Positions 1 through 9,501 of a stretch of DNA of 44,776 bases are shown piece by piece. Where the stretch lies: the IMG/VR virus record IMGVR_UViG_3300036861_000738. One strand, written 5' to 3'. Position 1 is the stretch's first letter. Each line of letters begins with the position of its first letter. Source of the stretch: a virus (taxonomy: Duplodnaviria > Caudoviricetes). Under the pieces are notes generated by a model. It ran no database searches, had not been told where the DNA came from, and saw only the letters and a program-made list of their open reading frames with translations. The translations under genes and the position numbers were made by a program.

Positions 1-127
1 ACCCGCCGCGTGGTGGCCAGGTCGGCGAGGCCCTGGCAGGCCTCCCCGACCTTCCCGCCGGTCAGTTCCACCTGGTTCGGCCGGGCGCGCAGGATCGGCG
101 CGAGGCGGGCGGCGGGGCCGCCGGGGA
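1..127. repeat. Terminal direct repeat, copy 1 (circular-assembly overlap)
   Basis: 1-127 is identical to 44650-44776 and lies inside terL, which reads in frame across the junction; 127 nt is a common assembler k-mer. Confidence 0.95.
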
Positions 128-1253
128 ACCAGCCTTCCTGGACGGCTTGCACCTTGTCGAGGATGTCGCCCAACTCGAAGCGGGCCTCATCGGTACCCCG
201 CCACGCCTTGATGACCTGCACGCGGACGCGGCCGTCGTCGGTGACGGCCGCGGCGGCGAGGGTGACGTGGCCGCCGTCCGGCGCCACGTCGACCACGGCG
301 GCCAGGCGGTCCTTCTGGCCGCGCAGGCTCCCCGTGGCGTCGGTGCACGCCTTCCACGCGCCGACGTCCACCGCCGCGTCGAGGTGGGCGACCCGCTGGC
401 ACAGGACCTCGGTGCGGAACACGTCCGGCGGGTCGGTCGCCAGCGCGCCGCGGACGGCCAGCGCGCCCATCACGTGGCCGAGGCCGGGGTTGGCCTGCGC
501 CCACCCGCGCGGGTCGTCGAGCTCGCACCCGTCGGGCGCGGACCACTCGAACAGGCCGATCGACGGGTCGCGGCCGGCCAGGGCCGCGTCGCGGAGCTGG
601 TTGAGCACCACGCTCTCATCGTCGCCGGCGTTCGACATCGCCCACAGCTGGGCATTCTCGCGGGCCATCAGGGTCTTCGAGACGGCCGACCAGGCCTTCC
701 AGTCGTGCTGCTCGCGCAGCTCATCGATGTTGGCCTCGTCGATCGAGTAGCCGCGGCCGGCCTTGCGGTTCATCGCACGGATCATGTAGCGGCCGCCACC
801 GCGCAGCCAGAACTTCTCATCGCCGTTGACGTTGCGGACCCCACCCCACTCGGCCTCGAGGTCGGGGCAGTCGTGGATGGTGTCCTGGCACAGCGTCCAC
901 TGCTCGCGGGCCAGCGCGACGTCCTGGGCGAGGCCCAGGACGGTGCGGGCGCCGTCCATGTACAGGCGCCAGAGGGTCACGATGCGCTTGAGGCTCGACT
1001 TGCCGTTCTGCCGGGCGACCAGGACCAGCACGATGCGGAACCGGTAGGTGCTGTCGGGGAGCAGCTCCATGGCGTGCTTGACCAGCCAGGCCTGCCATGG
1101 AAGCAAGGGCTCGCCGATGAGCTGGGCGAACTCGATGACCTCGTAGCCGCGGCTGGTCCGGCGGTTGAGGGGCCGAAGCGGCGGGGTGAACAGCCTGGGC
1201 TGGCTACGTCCGACGAGCTTCGCGGAGCGCCTGGAGGCGGTTCGGGCCGGCAT
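1..1253 (-). CDS. terL: Terminase large subunit, 5' part (continues across the circular junction to 44457; about 481 aa total)
   Basis: ATG 1253 with GGAGG RBS. My translation shows LLPWQ, Walker A VARQNGKS, GRGYSIDEANIDELRE Walker B, MSNAG coupling motif and ANPGLG. It is missing from the ORF track because it has no stop before position 1. Confidence 0.95.
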   Translation of the reverse strand, partial: MPARTASRRSAKLVGRSQPRLFTPPLRPLNRRTSRGYEVIEFAQLIGEPLLPWQAWLVKHAMELLPDSTYRFRIVLVLVARQNGKSSLKRIVTLWRLYMDGARTVLGLAQDVALAREQWTLCQDTIHDCPDLEAEWGGVRNVNGDEKFWLRGGGRYMIRAMNRKAGRGYSIDEANIDELREQHDWKAWSAVSKTLMARENAQLWAMSNAGDDESVVLNQLRDAALAGRDPSIGLFEWSAPDGCELDDPRGWAQANPGLGHVMGALAVRGALATDPPDVFRTEVLCQRVAHLDAAVDVGAWKACTDATGSLRGQKDRLAAVVDVAPDGGHVTLAAAAVTDDGRVRVQVIKAWRGTDEARFELGDILDKVQAVQEGWFPGGPAARLAPILRARPNQVELTGGKVGEACQGLADLATTRR

Positions 1254-1587
1254 CGCCACCTCCCCCGCCGCGCCGCCTGGCCCTGGCCGCGGGGGTCGCC
1301 TGCAGGGCTGCCAGGGCCTGTAGGAGCTTCGGGCCGAGGTTGCCCAGGACGGCCTGGCCCTCGACCTTGGCGGCGAGCAGGGCCAGGCGCTGCCGGCCGG
1401 GGAGGTCGTCGGGGTCCAGGCCCTCGCCGATGGCGTCGGCCTCGGCGGCCAGCTCGGCGGCGCGGTCGATCGCGGCGGCGTACCGCTCGGCCAGCTTCAC
1501 CAGCGCCGCGTCCTCGTCGGCCAGTGTCAGGTGGCCGAGGGTCTCGGCCAGGGCCGGGCCGAGCAGCTCGTCGGCGGACCGCAGCAC
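1204..1587 (-). CDS. terS: Terminase small subunit (actinophage type)
   Basis: GTG 1587 after GGAGG; directly upstream of and overlapping terL; DAALVKLAERYAAAID...LGPKLLQALAALQATPAAR pattern. Confidence 0.8.
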   Translation of the reverse strand: MLRSADELLGPALAETLGHLTLADEDAALVKLAERYAAAIDRAAELAAEADAIGEGLDPDDLPGRQRLALLAAKVEGQAVLGNLGPKLLQALAALQATPAARARRRGGGGGDAGPNRLQALREARRT

Positions 1588-1625
1588 CTGACACCTCCCT
1601 GGCACGTCGCGGCTGGTCTTGGGGT

Positions 1626-1654
1626 ACAGTACCGCGCAAGTGACAGGCTGTCCG
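1626..1654 (-). promoter_or_regulatory. Putative terS promoter with palindromic operator GACAGGCTGTC (1642-1652)
   Basis: Minus strand CGGACA-17bp-TACTGT in the divergent terS/protease gap; perfect 11-bp dyad. Confidence 0.55.
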
Positions 1655-1691
1655 AAACAGCGTGCGGGGTGCGCGGGGATGGTGGCGGTGC

Positions 1692-2699
1692 ATGGATGAC
1701 GCCGGTAGGCGCCGGTTGCGGCTGGCCCGCCCGGTCGCCCGGCAGGGCCAGTCGTGGTACCGCATCCAAGGCAAGGCCGCCGAGGTCGCCGACGTCTACA
1801 TCTACGACGAGATCTCCTGGTGGGGCATCACCGCCCAGGATTTCGTCAACGAGCTGCGCGAGGTCACCGCCCCGAAGGTCAACCTGCACCTCAACTCGCC
1901 CGGCGGCGACGTCTTCGACGCCCATGCGATCTACCAGGCGCTGGTCGACCACCCCGCCGAGGTGACCACGCTGGTCGACTCGCTGGCGGCGTCGGCCGCG
2001 TCGGTGATCGCCATGGCTGGCGAGCGCATCGTGATGGGCAAGGCCGCCATGCTGATGATCCATGACGCCTGGGGCCTGGCGATCGGCAACGCGGCCGACA
2101 TGCGGGACATGGCCGCCCGGCTCGACAAGATCTCCAACGTGATCGCGGGGGTCTACGCCGAGCGTGCCGGCGGGCCGCTGGAGTTCTGGCGCCAGGCGAT
2201 GCTGGAGGAGTCCTGGTACGACGCCGAGGAGGCTGTCGCCGCGGGCCTGGCCGACGAGGTCCGCAGCCGCAAGGCCAGCAGCCCGGACGACGGCGACGGC
2301 GACGGCCAGGGCGACGGTGAGGGTCAGGGGCCGGAGGACCGTTGGGACCTGTCGGTGTTCACCTACGCCGGCCGGCGCAAGGCGCCCGCGCCGCCGATCC
2401 CGTCGAAGTTCCGGCCAGCGGCCCACGCCGACCGCCCGGCCGCCGGCGAGCCCGGTCCCACCGACGACGAGGCGCTCGCCGAGGCGTTCGCCGGGGCGTG
2501 GGCGCAGGTCGCCGACGCCCTGGACGAGGTGTTCGACCCGGTCAGCGGCTACGACCCCGCCATGGTCGGCACCACGATCCTCGACGTGTACGCCGACGCG
2601 CCCGCCCCGCCCGCCATCCCGCCGCGCCCGCCCGGGCCGCGCACGACCGTCTCCGTCGATGAGCTCATCGACGCCATCCAGGAAGGGGTGCGGCCTTGA
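1692..2699 (+). CDS. ClpP-like prohead maturation protease
   Basis: IYDEI, LNSPGGDVFD, LAASAASVI (catalytic Ser), MIHD (His) and ESWYDAEEAVAAGLAD motifs; immediately upstream of the capsid gene. Confidence 0.92.
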   Translation: MDDAGRRRLRLARPVARQGQSWYRIQGKAAEVADVYIYDEISWWGITAQDFVNELREVTAPKVNLHLNSPGGDVFDAHAIYQALVDHPAEVTTLVDSLAASAASVIAMAGERIVMGKAAMLMIHDAWGLAIGNAADMRDMAARLDKISNVIAGVYAERAGGPLEFWRQAMLEESWYDAEEAVAAGLADEVRSRKASSPDDGDGDGQGDGEGQGPEDRWDLSVFTYAGRRKAPAPPIPSKFRPAAHADRPAAGEPGPTDDEALAEAFAGAWAQVADALDEVFDPVSGYDPAMVGTTILDVYADAPAPPAIPPRPPGPRTTVSVDELIDAIQEGVRP

Positions 2700-4066
2700 C
2701 CGCCACTGCCACCGAGCCCGATGAGCTGACCGTCCCCACCACGCCGGCCGAGCTCGAAGAGTTCATGCGCGACGCCAAGAAGATGAAGGCGCTGTTCGGC
2801 CAGAAGGACGGCTTCGCCACCTTCGTGCGCAACTACGCCAAGGCGGTGCACGACCGCGACCAGGAGATCGCCACCCAGGTCCGGGAGGAGACCCAGCGGG
2901 TCCTGGCCGACTGGCTCAAGGAGCAGCGCGACGGCGAGGGCGTCGTCCCGGTCAACCTCGGCTTCACCAACCCCGAGGGCGTGCTGCGCAGCGCCGAGGC
3001 GCGTGGCGGGCTGCACAACCCCAAGGCGATGGGCGCGGTGCTGGACAAGGAGTTCGCCAGCTCGTCGGAGTTCTTCTCCCTGATCTGGCACAACCGGCAG
3101 CGCGACGCCGCGGCGCAGGGTCAGCTCCACCGGGTCCGCAACGCCTTCTCCTCCACCGTCCCCAGCGAGGGCGGGTTCCTCATCCCCGAGCAGCTCCGCT
3201 CGGAGCTGCTCCGGGTCTCGCTGGAGACCTCGATCGTGCGGCCCCGCGCCCGGATCATCCCGATGGAGACGCTCCGGGTTCCGTTCCCCGCGATCGACGA
3301 CACCTCCCACGCCTCCAGCGTGTTCGGCGGCATCGTCGGCTACTGGACCGAAGAGGGCGCCGCGCTCACCGCCAGCCAGGCCAGCTTCGGCCGGATCGTC
3401 CTGGACGCCAAGAAGCTGACCGCCTACACCGAGGTCCCCAACGAGCTGATCTCCGACTCGATCACCTCGTTCCAGGCGTTCATCGACGAGATCTTCCCCG
3501 AGGCGCTCGGCTTCTACGAGGACGACGCCTTCATCAACGGCTCCGGCGTCGGGATGCCGCTCGGCTTCCTCAACGGGTCGGCACGGATCACCGTCACCGA
3601 GAACTCGGCCAACCTGGTCAAGTTCGAGGACGTCGTCGCGATGTACTCGCGGATGCTGCCGTCCTCGCTCGGCCGCGCCGTGTGGATCGCCTCCATCGAC
3701 GTGTTCCCGCAGCTCGCGGCCATGGTGGTGCCCGGCGGCGCCGCGCCGAACGCGGTCTGGCTGTCCAACGGCCAGATCATCGACGGGCCGCCGATGACGA
3801 TCTTCGGCCGGCCGGTCTACTTCACCGAGAAGGTGCCCAAGCTCGGGGTCACCGGCGCGCTCAACTTCGTCGACTTCGGCTTCTACCTGATCGGCGACCG
3901 GCAGGTCATGAGCGCCATGTCCTCGCCGCACTTCAAGTTCCAGAACGACCAGACCGCCTACCGCATCATCGAGCGCGTCGACGGCCGCCCGTGGCTCAAC
4001 TCGCCCATCACGCCCAAGAACAGCTCCGCGACCCTCAGCCCCATCGTCACCCTGCTCAGCGCCTGA
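2696..4066 (+). CDS. Major capsid protein, HK97 fold
   Basis: 456 aa; EGGFLIPEQ, WTEEG, KKLTAYTEVPNELISDS, IFGRPVYFTE and FQNDQTAYRIIERVDGRP motifs. Confidence 0.95.
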   Translation: MTATATEPDELTVPTTPAELEEFMRDAKKMKALFGQKDGFATFVRNYAKAVHDRDQEIATQVREETQRVLADWLKEQRDGEGVVPVNLGFTNPEGVLRSAEARGGLHNPKAMGAVLDKEFASSSEFFSLIWHNRQRDAAAQGQLHRVRNAFSSTVPSEGGFLIPEQLRSELLRVSLETSIVRPRARIIPMETLRVPFPAIDDTSHASSVFGGIVGYWTEEGAALTASQASFGRIVLDAKKLTAYTEVPNELISDSITSFQAFIDEIFPEALGFYEDDAFINGSGVGMPLGFLNGSARITVTENSANLVKFEDVVAMYSRMLPSSLGRAVWIASIDVFPQLAAMVVPGGAAPNAVWLSNGQIIDGPPMTIFGRPVYFTEKVPKLGVTGALNFVDFGFYLIGDRQVMSAMSSPHFKFQNDQTAYRIIERVDGRPWLNSPITPKNSSATLSPIVTLLSA

Positions 4067-4130
4067 CCCTGCCCGCCCAGCGCGGCTCAATGGCCGGCAG
4101 TAACGCCCCGGCCGGGAAGGAACCACCACC

Positions 4131-4652
4131 ATGGGAGTCAAGGGACTCGGCCGGGTCTTCGACATCGGCTCCGTCGTCGTGCCGGTCGCCGACCTCGCCG
4201 CCGGCGCCAACACCGGCCACCGGATCCACCTCAAGAACTACGACGGCGTGTGCTTCGTCTGCTACATGGGCGCGGTCTCGGCCGGCACCGACACCTTCGT
4301 CCCGGACCTGCAGTGCCACAACGCCGCGACCGGCGGCACCTCGCAGGACCTCGACACCACGACCACCTGGTACCACAAGAGCGAGGCCACCCTCGACGGC
4401 GACGAGACCTGGACCAAGGTCACCCAGGCCGCCGCCAGCGAGGTCTCCCTGACCGGCGCCACCTACGCCGCCTTGCAGATGATCGTCGCGTTCGAGGTGC
4501 TCGGCGCGAGCCTGCCCGACGGGTTCGAGTGGGTGTCGGTGGACCTGCCCGACGCCGGCGCCGGCGGCACCCGGCCCGGCTGCATTCTGGCGATCATGTT
4601 CGGCCTGAACGTGCAGCGGGCGCCGGAGAACCTGGCCCAGCCCAACGCCTGA
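4131..4652 (+). CDS. Putative virion (head decoration-type) protein
   Basis: 173 aa, beta-rich, directly after the capsid gene, good RBS and codon bias. Confidence 0.55.
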   Translation: MGVKGLGRVFDIGSVVVPVADLAAGANTGHRIHLKNYDGVCFVCYMGAVSAGTDTFVPDLQCHNAATGGTSQDLDTTTTWYHKSEATLDGDETWTKVTQAAASEVSLTGATYAALQMIVAFEVLGASLPDGFEWVSVDLPDAGAGGTRPGCILAIMFGLNVQRAPENLAQPNA

Positions 4653-4669
4653 CCCGACAGGGGACCGGA

Positions 4670-5032
4670 ATGCTGCTGGTCTGCCGGAGGTGCACGACGC
4701 GGTACGCGGTGGGGCTGCCCTACTGCCCGCAGTGCACCTCCACCGACCACACCATCGAGGGTGAGGAGGACCAGGTGGCCAAGATCACCACGCACGGCGG
4801 CCCCAGCAACGCCGCCGAGGAGGCCGCCCTAGAGGCGGCCACGGAGGGAGGTGAGCAGTCATCTCCTGGGAGCAGCTCACCAGCATCCTCCGAGAAGCCC
4901 GAGAAGAACGACGGGCCGAGCTCGCCCAGCCGCCGCAGGCCTGCCCGAACGACGGGGAACCGCTCACAGAAGGACCAGGAGGAGTCCGCTTCTGCACCTT
5001 CGACGGGTGGGAGTGGCCCCGCGACGACATGA
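4670..5032 (+). CDS. Hypothetical protein with N-terminal Zn ribbon and low-complexity tail
   Basis: CRRC...CPQC, followed by an S/E/P-rich region. Confidence 0.55.
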   Translation: MLLVCRRCTTRYAVGLPYCPQCTSTDHTIEGEEDQVAKITTHGGPSNAAEEAALEAATEGGEQSSPGSSSPASSEKPEKNDGPSSPSRRRPARTTGNRSQKDQEESASAPSTGGSGPATT

Positions 5033-5101
5033 GGCCGAGCGCCTGACAACCGCATAGCAACATCCCGGGCGAAAGCCCTAGGACAGAAAGCGAGTCAAGG
5101 G

Positions 5102-5431
5102 ATGGGGCACGTTGGTGTCGCCCTGCATGGGCACGCCGCGCCTTCAACGGGCGGGCGGACGCCCACGTACTACTCCTGGCAGAACATGATCGCCAGGTGC
5201 CGCTACCCCAGCGTCCCCTCCTATCCCCGCTACGGCGGCCGCGGGATCACCGTCTGCCGGCGGTGGCTGTCGTTCGAGAACTTCCTGGCCGACATGGGCG
5301 AGCGGCCCGAGGGCATGACGCTGGACCGCATCGACAACGACGGCCATTACGATCCGGGCAACTGCCGCTGGGCTACACGGAGCGCCCAGCAGCGCCACCG
5401 GTCCAAGAATGCTGCTGGGCGGTGGGTCTGA
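5102..5431 (+). CDS. HNH-type homing endonuclease-like protein
   Basis: SWQNMIARC, YGGRGITVC.RW.SFENFLADMG and TLDRIDNDGHY.PGNCRWAT motifs, typical of phage HNH/AP2-associated nucleases. Confidence 0.85.
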   Translation: MGHVGVALHGHAAPSTGGRTPTYYSWQNMIARCRYPSVPSYPRYGGRGITVCRRWLSFENFLADMGERPEGMTLDRIDNDGHYDPGNCRWATRSAQQRHRSKNAAGRWV

Positions 5432-6471
5432 CGGGGATCTGGTACGCGACCCGCGAGGACGTCAAGCGCGCCCTCGACGCGGCCGAGACGGCCCGCAATG
5501 ACGCGCAGGTCGACCGGGCGATCGAGTCGGGCTCCCGCACGATCGAGGGTCTGACCCACCGCCGCTTCTACCCTGAGCTCGCGACCCGGTACTTCCCCTG
5601 GCCGAACCACCAGCATGCTCGGCCGTGGCGGCTGTGGCTCGACCAGCACGAGCTCATCAGCGTCACCACGCTGGTCGCTGGCGGGACCACCATCCCGGCC
5701 ACGGATTACTTCCTGGAGCCGGCCAACGACGGCCCGCCCTACACCCACGTCGAGATCGACCTGGCCTCAGGCTCGGCGTTCGCCGCCGGGAGCACCCACC
5801 AGCGCGCCATCGCCATCACCGGCCTGTTCGGCCACTCCGCCGACGAGGCACCCGCTGGCGCGCTCGCCGAAGCCCTCGACGGGAGCGAGACCGGCGTGGA
5901 CGTCACCGACTCCTCCCTGGTCGGCGTCGGCACCATCCTCAAGTGCGAGGCCGAGCGGATGCTGGTCACCGGCCGCTCCATGCTCGACACCGGGCAGAAC
6001 AGCTCCGCGCTGACCGCGTCCAGCTCGGACGTGGCCATCACCGGGATCACGGCCGGGACGATCAAGGTCGGCGAGGTCCTCTTGGTCGACTCGGAGCGGA
6101 TGCTGGTGGTGGACGTGGCCGGGACCACGCTGACGGTGAAGCGGGCGTGGGACGGCTCGGCGCTGGCCGCCCACTCCGGTGGCGCCGACATCTACGCGCC
6201 CCGCTCGCTGACCGTGACCCGGGGCGCGCTCGGCACCACCGCGGCCACCCACGCCGACGCGACGGCCCTGACCAAGCACGTTGTGCCGGCGCTGGTCCGG
6301 GACCTCGCCATCGCCGAGGCGATCAACCAGCTGCAGCAGGAAACCTCCGGCTACGCCCGCGTGATCGGCGAGGGCGAGAACGCCCGCGAGGGCACCGGCC
6401 GGAGCCTGTTCGACCTGCGCCGCGACACGATCACCGCCTACGGTCGCAAGGCCCGAGCGAGGGCCGTGTAG
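5422..6471 (+). CDS. Head-to-tail adaptor/connector protein (long form)
   Basis: WYATREDVKRALD...RAIESGSRTIE..THRRFYP start and C-terminal VPALVRDLAIAEA; position after the head genes. Confidence 0.7.
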   Translation: MGLTGIWYATREDVKRALDAAETARNDAQVDRAIESGSRTIEGLTHRRFYPELATRYFPWPNHQHARPWRLWLDQHELISVTTLVAGGTTIPATDYFLEPANDGPPYTHVEIDLASGSAFAAGSTHQRAIAITGLFGHSADEAPAGALAEALDGSETGVDVTDSSLVGVGTILKCEAERMLVTGRSMLDTGQNSSALTASSSDVAITGITAGTIKVGEVLLVDSERMLVVDVAGTTLTVKRAWDGSALAAHSGGADIYAPRSLTVTRGALGTTAATHADATALTKHVVPALVRDLAIAEAINQLQQETSGYARVIGEGENAREGTGRSLFDLRRDTITAYGRKARARAV

Positions 6472-6885
6472 ATGGCCACGCGGATCCGGGTCTCCACCGG
6501 CGGCGTCGAGGTCCGCGGCCCGATGTTCGACGGCCGCGACGTCCCGATCATGAACGCCTTCTTCCGCGACGCCAAGAAGCTGGTCACCGATGCCGGCGAG
6601 GAGCAGGTCCGCCAGCGGGTCAACCGCCGCGCCAAGCACCCGACCAACAGCTTCGCCAGCGCGGTCACGACCAAGGACTTCGCCAAGGGCAAGACGATCA
6701 TCGCCGACTACCCGCAGGTGTTGTACGGGCCGTGGCTGGAAGGCACCTCGAGCAGGAACGCCTCGACGCGGTTCAAGGGCTACAAGCTGTTCCGCCTCAC
6801 CCGCAACTGGCTGCGGAAGCACCTCACCGCGATCATCCAGGAGCGCCTCGACCGGGCCGTCGCCGAGCTCAACGGGGGCCACTGA
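6472..6885 (+). CDS. Neck/tail completion protein (HK97 gp10-like)
   Basis: Basic 137 aa with YGPWLEGTS motif; synteny. Confidence 0.55.
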   Translation: MATRIRVSTGGVEVRGPMFDGRDVPIMNAFFRDAKKLVTDAGEEQVRQRVNRRAKHPTNSFASAVTTKDFAKGKTIIADYPQVLYGPWLEGTSSRNASTRFKGYKLFRLTRNWLRKHLTAIIQERLDRAVAELNGGH

Positions 6886-7343
6886 TGGCCTTGGGCGCCA
6901 GCCCGATCCTGGCCGCCGCCGAGAGCCACGCGCTGGCCTTGGGGCGGTTCGACCGGGTGAACCGCCACGAGCCGAAATCGGCGCCCGGCAACGGCCTCTC
7001 GGCGGCCATCTGGGTGCAGAGCATCCGGCCGGTCGCGGCCGCGTCGGGCCTGGACTCGACCACCGCCCGCCTCGAGCTGTCGGTCCGCGTGTACCTGGGC
7101 ATGCTGCACGAGCCGCAGGACGAGATCGACACCCTGATTCTCGAGGCGGTCGATGCGCTGATGGCCGCCTACTCGGGCGACTTCGAGCTGGGCGGGCTGG
7201 TCCGCGACGTGGACCTGCTCGGTGAGCATGGCGACCCGCTCGCCGCCGACGCCGGCTACTTGGAGCAGGACAAGAAGATCTACCGCGTGATGGTCGTCAC
7301 CCTCCCCCTGCTGGTCAACGACTTGTGGAGCCAGGCGCCATGA
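6885..7343 (+). CDS. Putative tail terminator
   Basis: 152 aa, acidic, coupled TGATG start; synteny. Confidence 0.55.
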   Translation: MALGASPILAAAESHALALGRFDRVNRHEPKSAPGNGLSAAIWVQSIRPVAAASGLDSTTARLELSVRVYLGMLHEPQDEIDTLILEAVDALMAAYSGDFELGGLVRDVDLLGEHGDPLAADAGYLEQDKKIYRVMVVTLPLLVNDLWSQAP

Positions 7344-7651
7344 ATGCTGCTGTCGATCCCCCCGTGGTCATGGTGTCCCCGACCGTCATGGACGGCACCG
7401 TGGTCCGCTGGTACCGCTCGGTCGCCGCCGCCGAGATCAGTCGGGCGTCGCTGAGCGCCTCCTGCCGGGGCGTCGCCGTCCACGAGGAGCTCCTCACCGA
7501 TGTTCCCCCAGCGTGGGTGGAGCAGGCCGTGAAGGCGTACCAGACGCTCGCCGCCAACCCCCGGGCCGACCTCGGCGGGCTGGCCACGCACCACCACCGC
7601 AGGTTCATGAACGGCCCGATCGTGCCGGTCGCAGAGGGAGCAAGCACATGA
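7340..7651 (+). CDS. Hypothetical protein
   Basis: ATGA-coupled on both sides. Confidence 0.55.
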   Translation: MNAAVDPPVVMVSPTVMDGTVVRWYRSVAAAEISRASLSASCRGVAVHEELLTDVPPAWVEQAVKAYQTLAANPRADLGGLATHHHRRFMNGPIVPVAEGAST

Positions 7652-8265
7652 CGTTCCGGGACCAGGGCAACAAGCGGTTCCCCGCCGACCTGCGCAAGGA
7701 GATCTGGGACCTTGCCGAGCTGTTCGCCGATACCCGCGCGGGCGGGAGCGACCCGACGCAGCAGAACCTGCTCGGCTGGTCGTATGACCCGCAGATCGGC
7801 AGCGGCAACTCGGTCATCGGCGGTGGCGTCGAGTACCTGACCCGGGTGGTGCCGGTCCGGGACGGCACCGTCAAGAACGTCACCCTGGGCCTGCACTCGG
7901 TCGGGGTCACCCTGACCTCGGGCCAGTGCTTCGCCGGCCTCCGGGACCGCAGCGGCAACCTGCTCGGCAAGACGGTCAGCCAGCACACCAACTGGGCTTC
8001 GGGCCTGTTCGAGAAGAAGATGGCCCTGGACGTCCCCGTCGACGTGCTCGGCGGCGTCCCGGTCTACGTGTGCTTTGTCGCCAACGGCTCGACGCTGCCA
8101 GGGTTCGCCCGGCTCTCGACCTCCGACGTCATCAACGCCGGGTGCATCGCCGGGCAGGGCCGCAGCATGTATTCGGGCGGCGGCCTGACCGACCTCCCAG
8201 CCAGCGTCACCATGCCGGGGCTCGGCATGACCAACGTCGTCGGCTGGTGGGCGGCGATCAGCTGA
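7648..8265 (+). CDS. Hypothetical beta-rich virion protein
   Basis: RBS GGGAG; G/V/T/S-rich; lies within the tail operon. Confidence 0.5.
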   Translation: MTFRDQGNKRFPADLRKEIWDLAELFADTRAGGSDPTQQNLLGWSYDPQIGSGNSVIGGGVEYLTRVVPVRDGTVKNVTLGLHSVGVTLTSGQCFAGLRDRSGNLLGKTVSQHTNWASGLFEKKMALDVPVDVLGGVPVYVCFVANGSTLPGFARLSTSDVINAGCIAGQGRSMYSGGGLTDLPASVTMPGLGMTNVVGWWAAIS

Positions 8266-8305
8266 TGGCTAATCTCCGAGACTGTTCGGAAAGGGGCTGC
8301 TAGGG

Positions 8306-9043
8306 GTGCCTAAGAGTGCGGGCCTCGGGGATAACCTCTACGTCGCGGGTTATGACCTGTCCGGCGACATCGGCGCGCTCGACTCGATCTCCGGCGGCCC
8401 GTCGCCGCTCGAGGTCACCGGGATCGACAAGTCCGGGTACGAGCGCATCGGCGGGGCGCGCGACGGCGGCATCGAGTTCACCGCGTTCTTCAACAAGGCG
8501 ACCGACCGGGCCCACCCGCGCCTCAAGCTGCTCCCCACGACGGACGCGATCGTCAGCTACCTCCGCGGGACCGCCCTGGGCGGGCAGGCCGCCTGCCTGG
8601 TCGGCAAGCAGCTCAACTACGACGGCAACCGCGGCGAGGACGGCTCCCTGACCTTCAAGGTCGCCGCCAAGGCCAACGGCTTCGGGCTGGAGTGGGGCCG
8701 CACCCTCACCGCCGGGAAGCGGACCGACTCGGCACCGACCAACGGGACCGGGGTCGACCTCACCACCGTCTCGACCACCTTCGGCTGGCAGGCCTACCTG
8801 CACGTCTTCGCGTTCGCCGGCACCAGCGTGACGGTGACCTTGCAGGACTCCGCCGACGACAGCTCCTACGCCAACCTGGCCGGCGGGGCGTTCACCGCCG
8901 CGAGCGGGGTGACCTCGGAGCGGCTCGCCGGCGCCGGCGGCGCCACCGTCCGCCGCTACCTCCGCGCGATCACCTCCGGCACCTTCTCCAACGCCGTGAT
9001 CGCCGTCGTGTTCGTGCGGAACGAGACGGCGGTGGTGTTCTAG
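8306..9043 (+). CDS. Tail tube-like protein with extra C-terminal beta domain
   Basis: EVTGIDKSGYERI motif shared with 9502-9909; synteny. Confidence 0.55.
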   Translation: MPKSAGLGDNLYVAGYDLSGDIGALDSISGGPSPLEVTGIDKSGYERIGGARDGGIEFTAFFNKATDRAHPRLKLLPTTDAIVSYLRGTALGGQAACLVGKQLNYDGNRGEDGSLTFKVAAKANGFGLEWGRTLTAGKRTDSAPTNGTGVDLTTVSTTFGWQAYLHVFAFAGTSVTVTLQDSADDSSYANLAGGAFTAASGVTSERLAGAGGATVRRYLRAITSGTFSNAVIAVVFVRNETAVVF

Positions 9044-9496
9044 GTGTGGCAACCGCCCCTCAATCGCGTCGCGCCCCGCATGGAGGCGCACGAGATGAAG
9101 ACGTACCAGGTCGTCGCGCCGCTGGCGTCGCACTGGCGGCCGGCGTCGTGCGCCGAGGTCGACTGCCCGCACTTCCTGAGCGGGTGGCGGACCGTGCTCG
9201 ACACGGCCTCCCAGGGGGAGCTGGTCAAGGCCGTGATGGAGAGCGGGCGGAAGCCTTCGGCGGTCTTGCGCGAAGGCAGCACGATCACGTTCGTGTTCGA
9301 GCCGGGAACGCCGTGCTTCAAGGCCAGCCAGCACCGGGTTCCCCTCGAGCGGGAGCCGCTCTACCTGGTGCGGGGGGGTGACTGGCGCGGCAACCCGCGC
9401 GGCACCCCGCTCCGCCGCCACGTCCGCCCGGACGACTGGGTGGACGACTTCGCCACCCACCAGCAGGACCTCGCCGACCGCCTAGAAAGGGGCTGA
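9044..9496 (+). CDS. Hypothetical protein
   Basis: Fills the operon gap with phage-like codon use. Confidence 0.6.
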   Translation: MWQPPLNRVAPRMEAHEMKTYQVVAPLASHWRPASCAEVDCPHFLSGWRTVLDTASQGELVKAVMESGRKPSAVLREGSTITFVFEPGTPCFKASQHRVPLEREPLYLVRGGDWRGNPRGTPLRRHVRPDDWVDDFATHQQDLADRLERG

Positions 9497-9501
9497 GCAC
9501 G

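Noticed and set aside
1-127. 127-bp end repeat as a biological terminal repeat
   Set aside because: It interrupts terL and matches a standard assembler k-mer length; it is a circularisation overlap.
147-1643. Long plus-strand ORFs over the terminase, and similar antisense ORFs (2549-4234, 34648-36768, 42024-44396)
   Set aside because: They are shadow frames of real genes in high-GC DNA, with no motifs.
5040-5431. HNH gene as part of a group I intron or ribozyme
   Set aside because: The flanking genes are intact, and I could not find intron core or hammerhead motifs.
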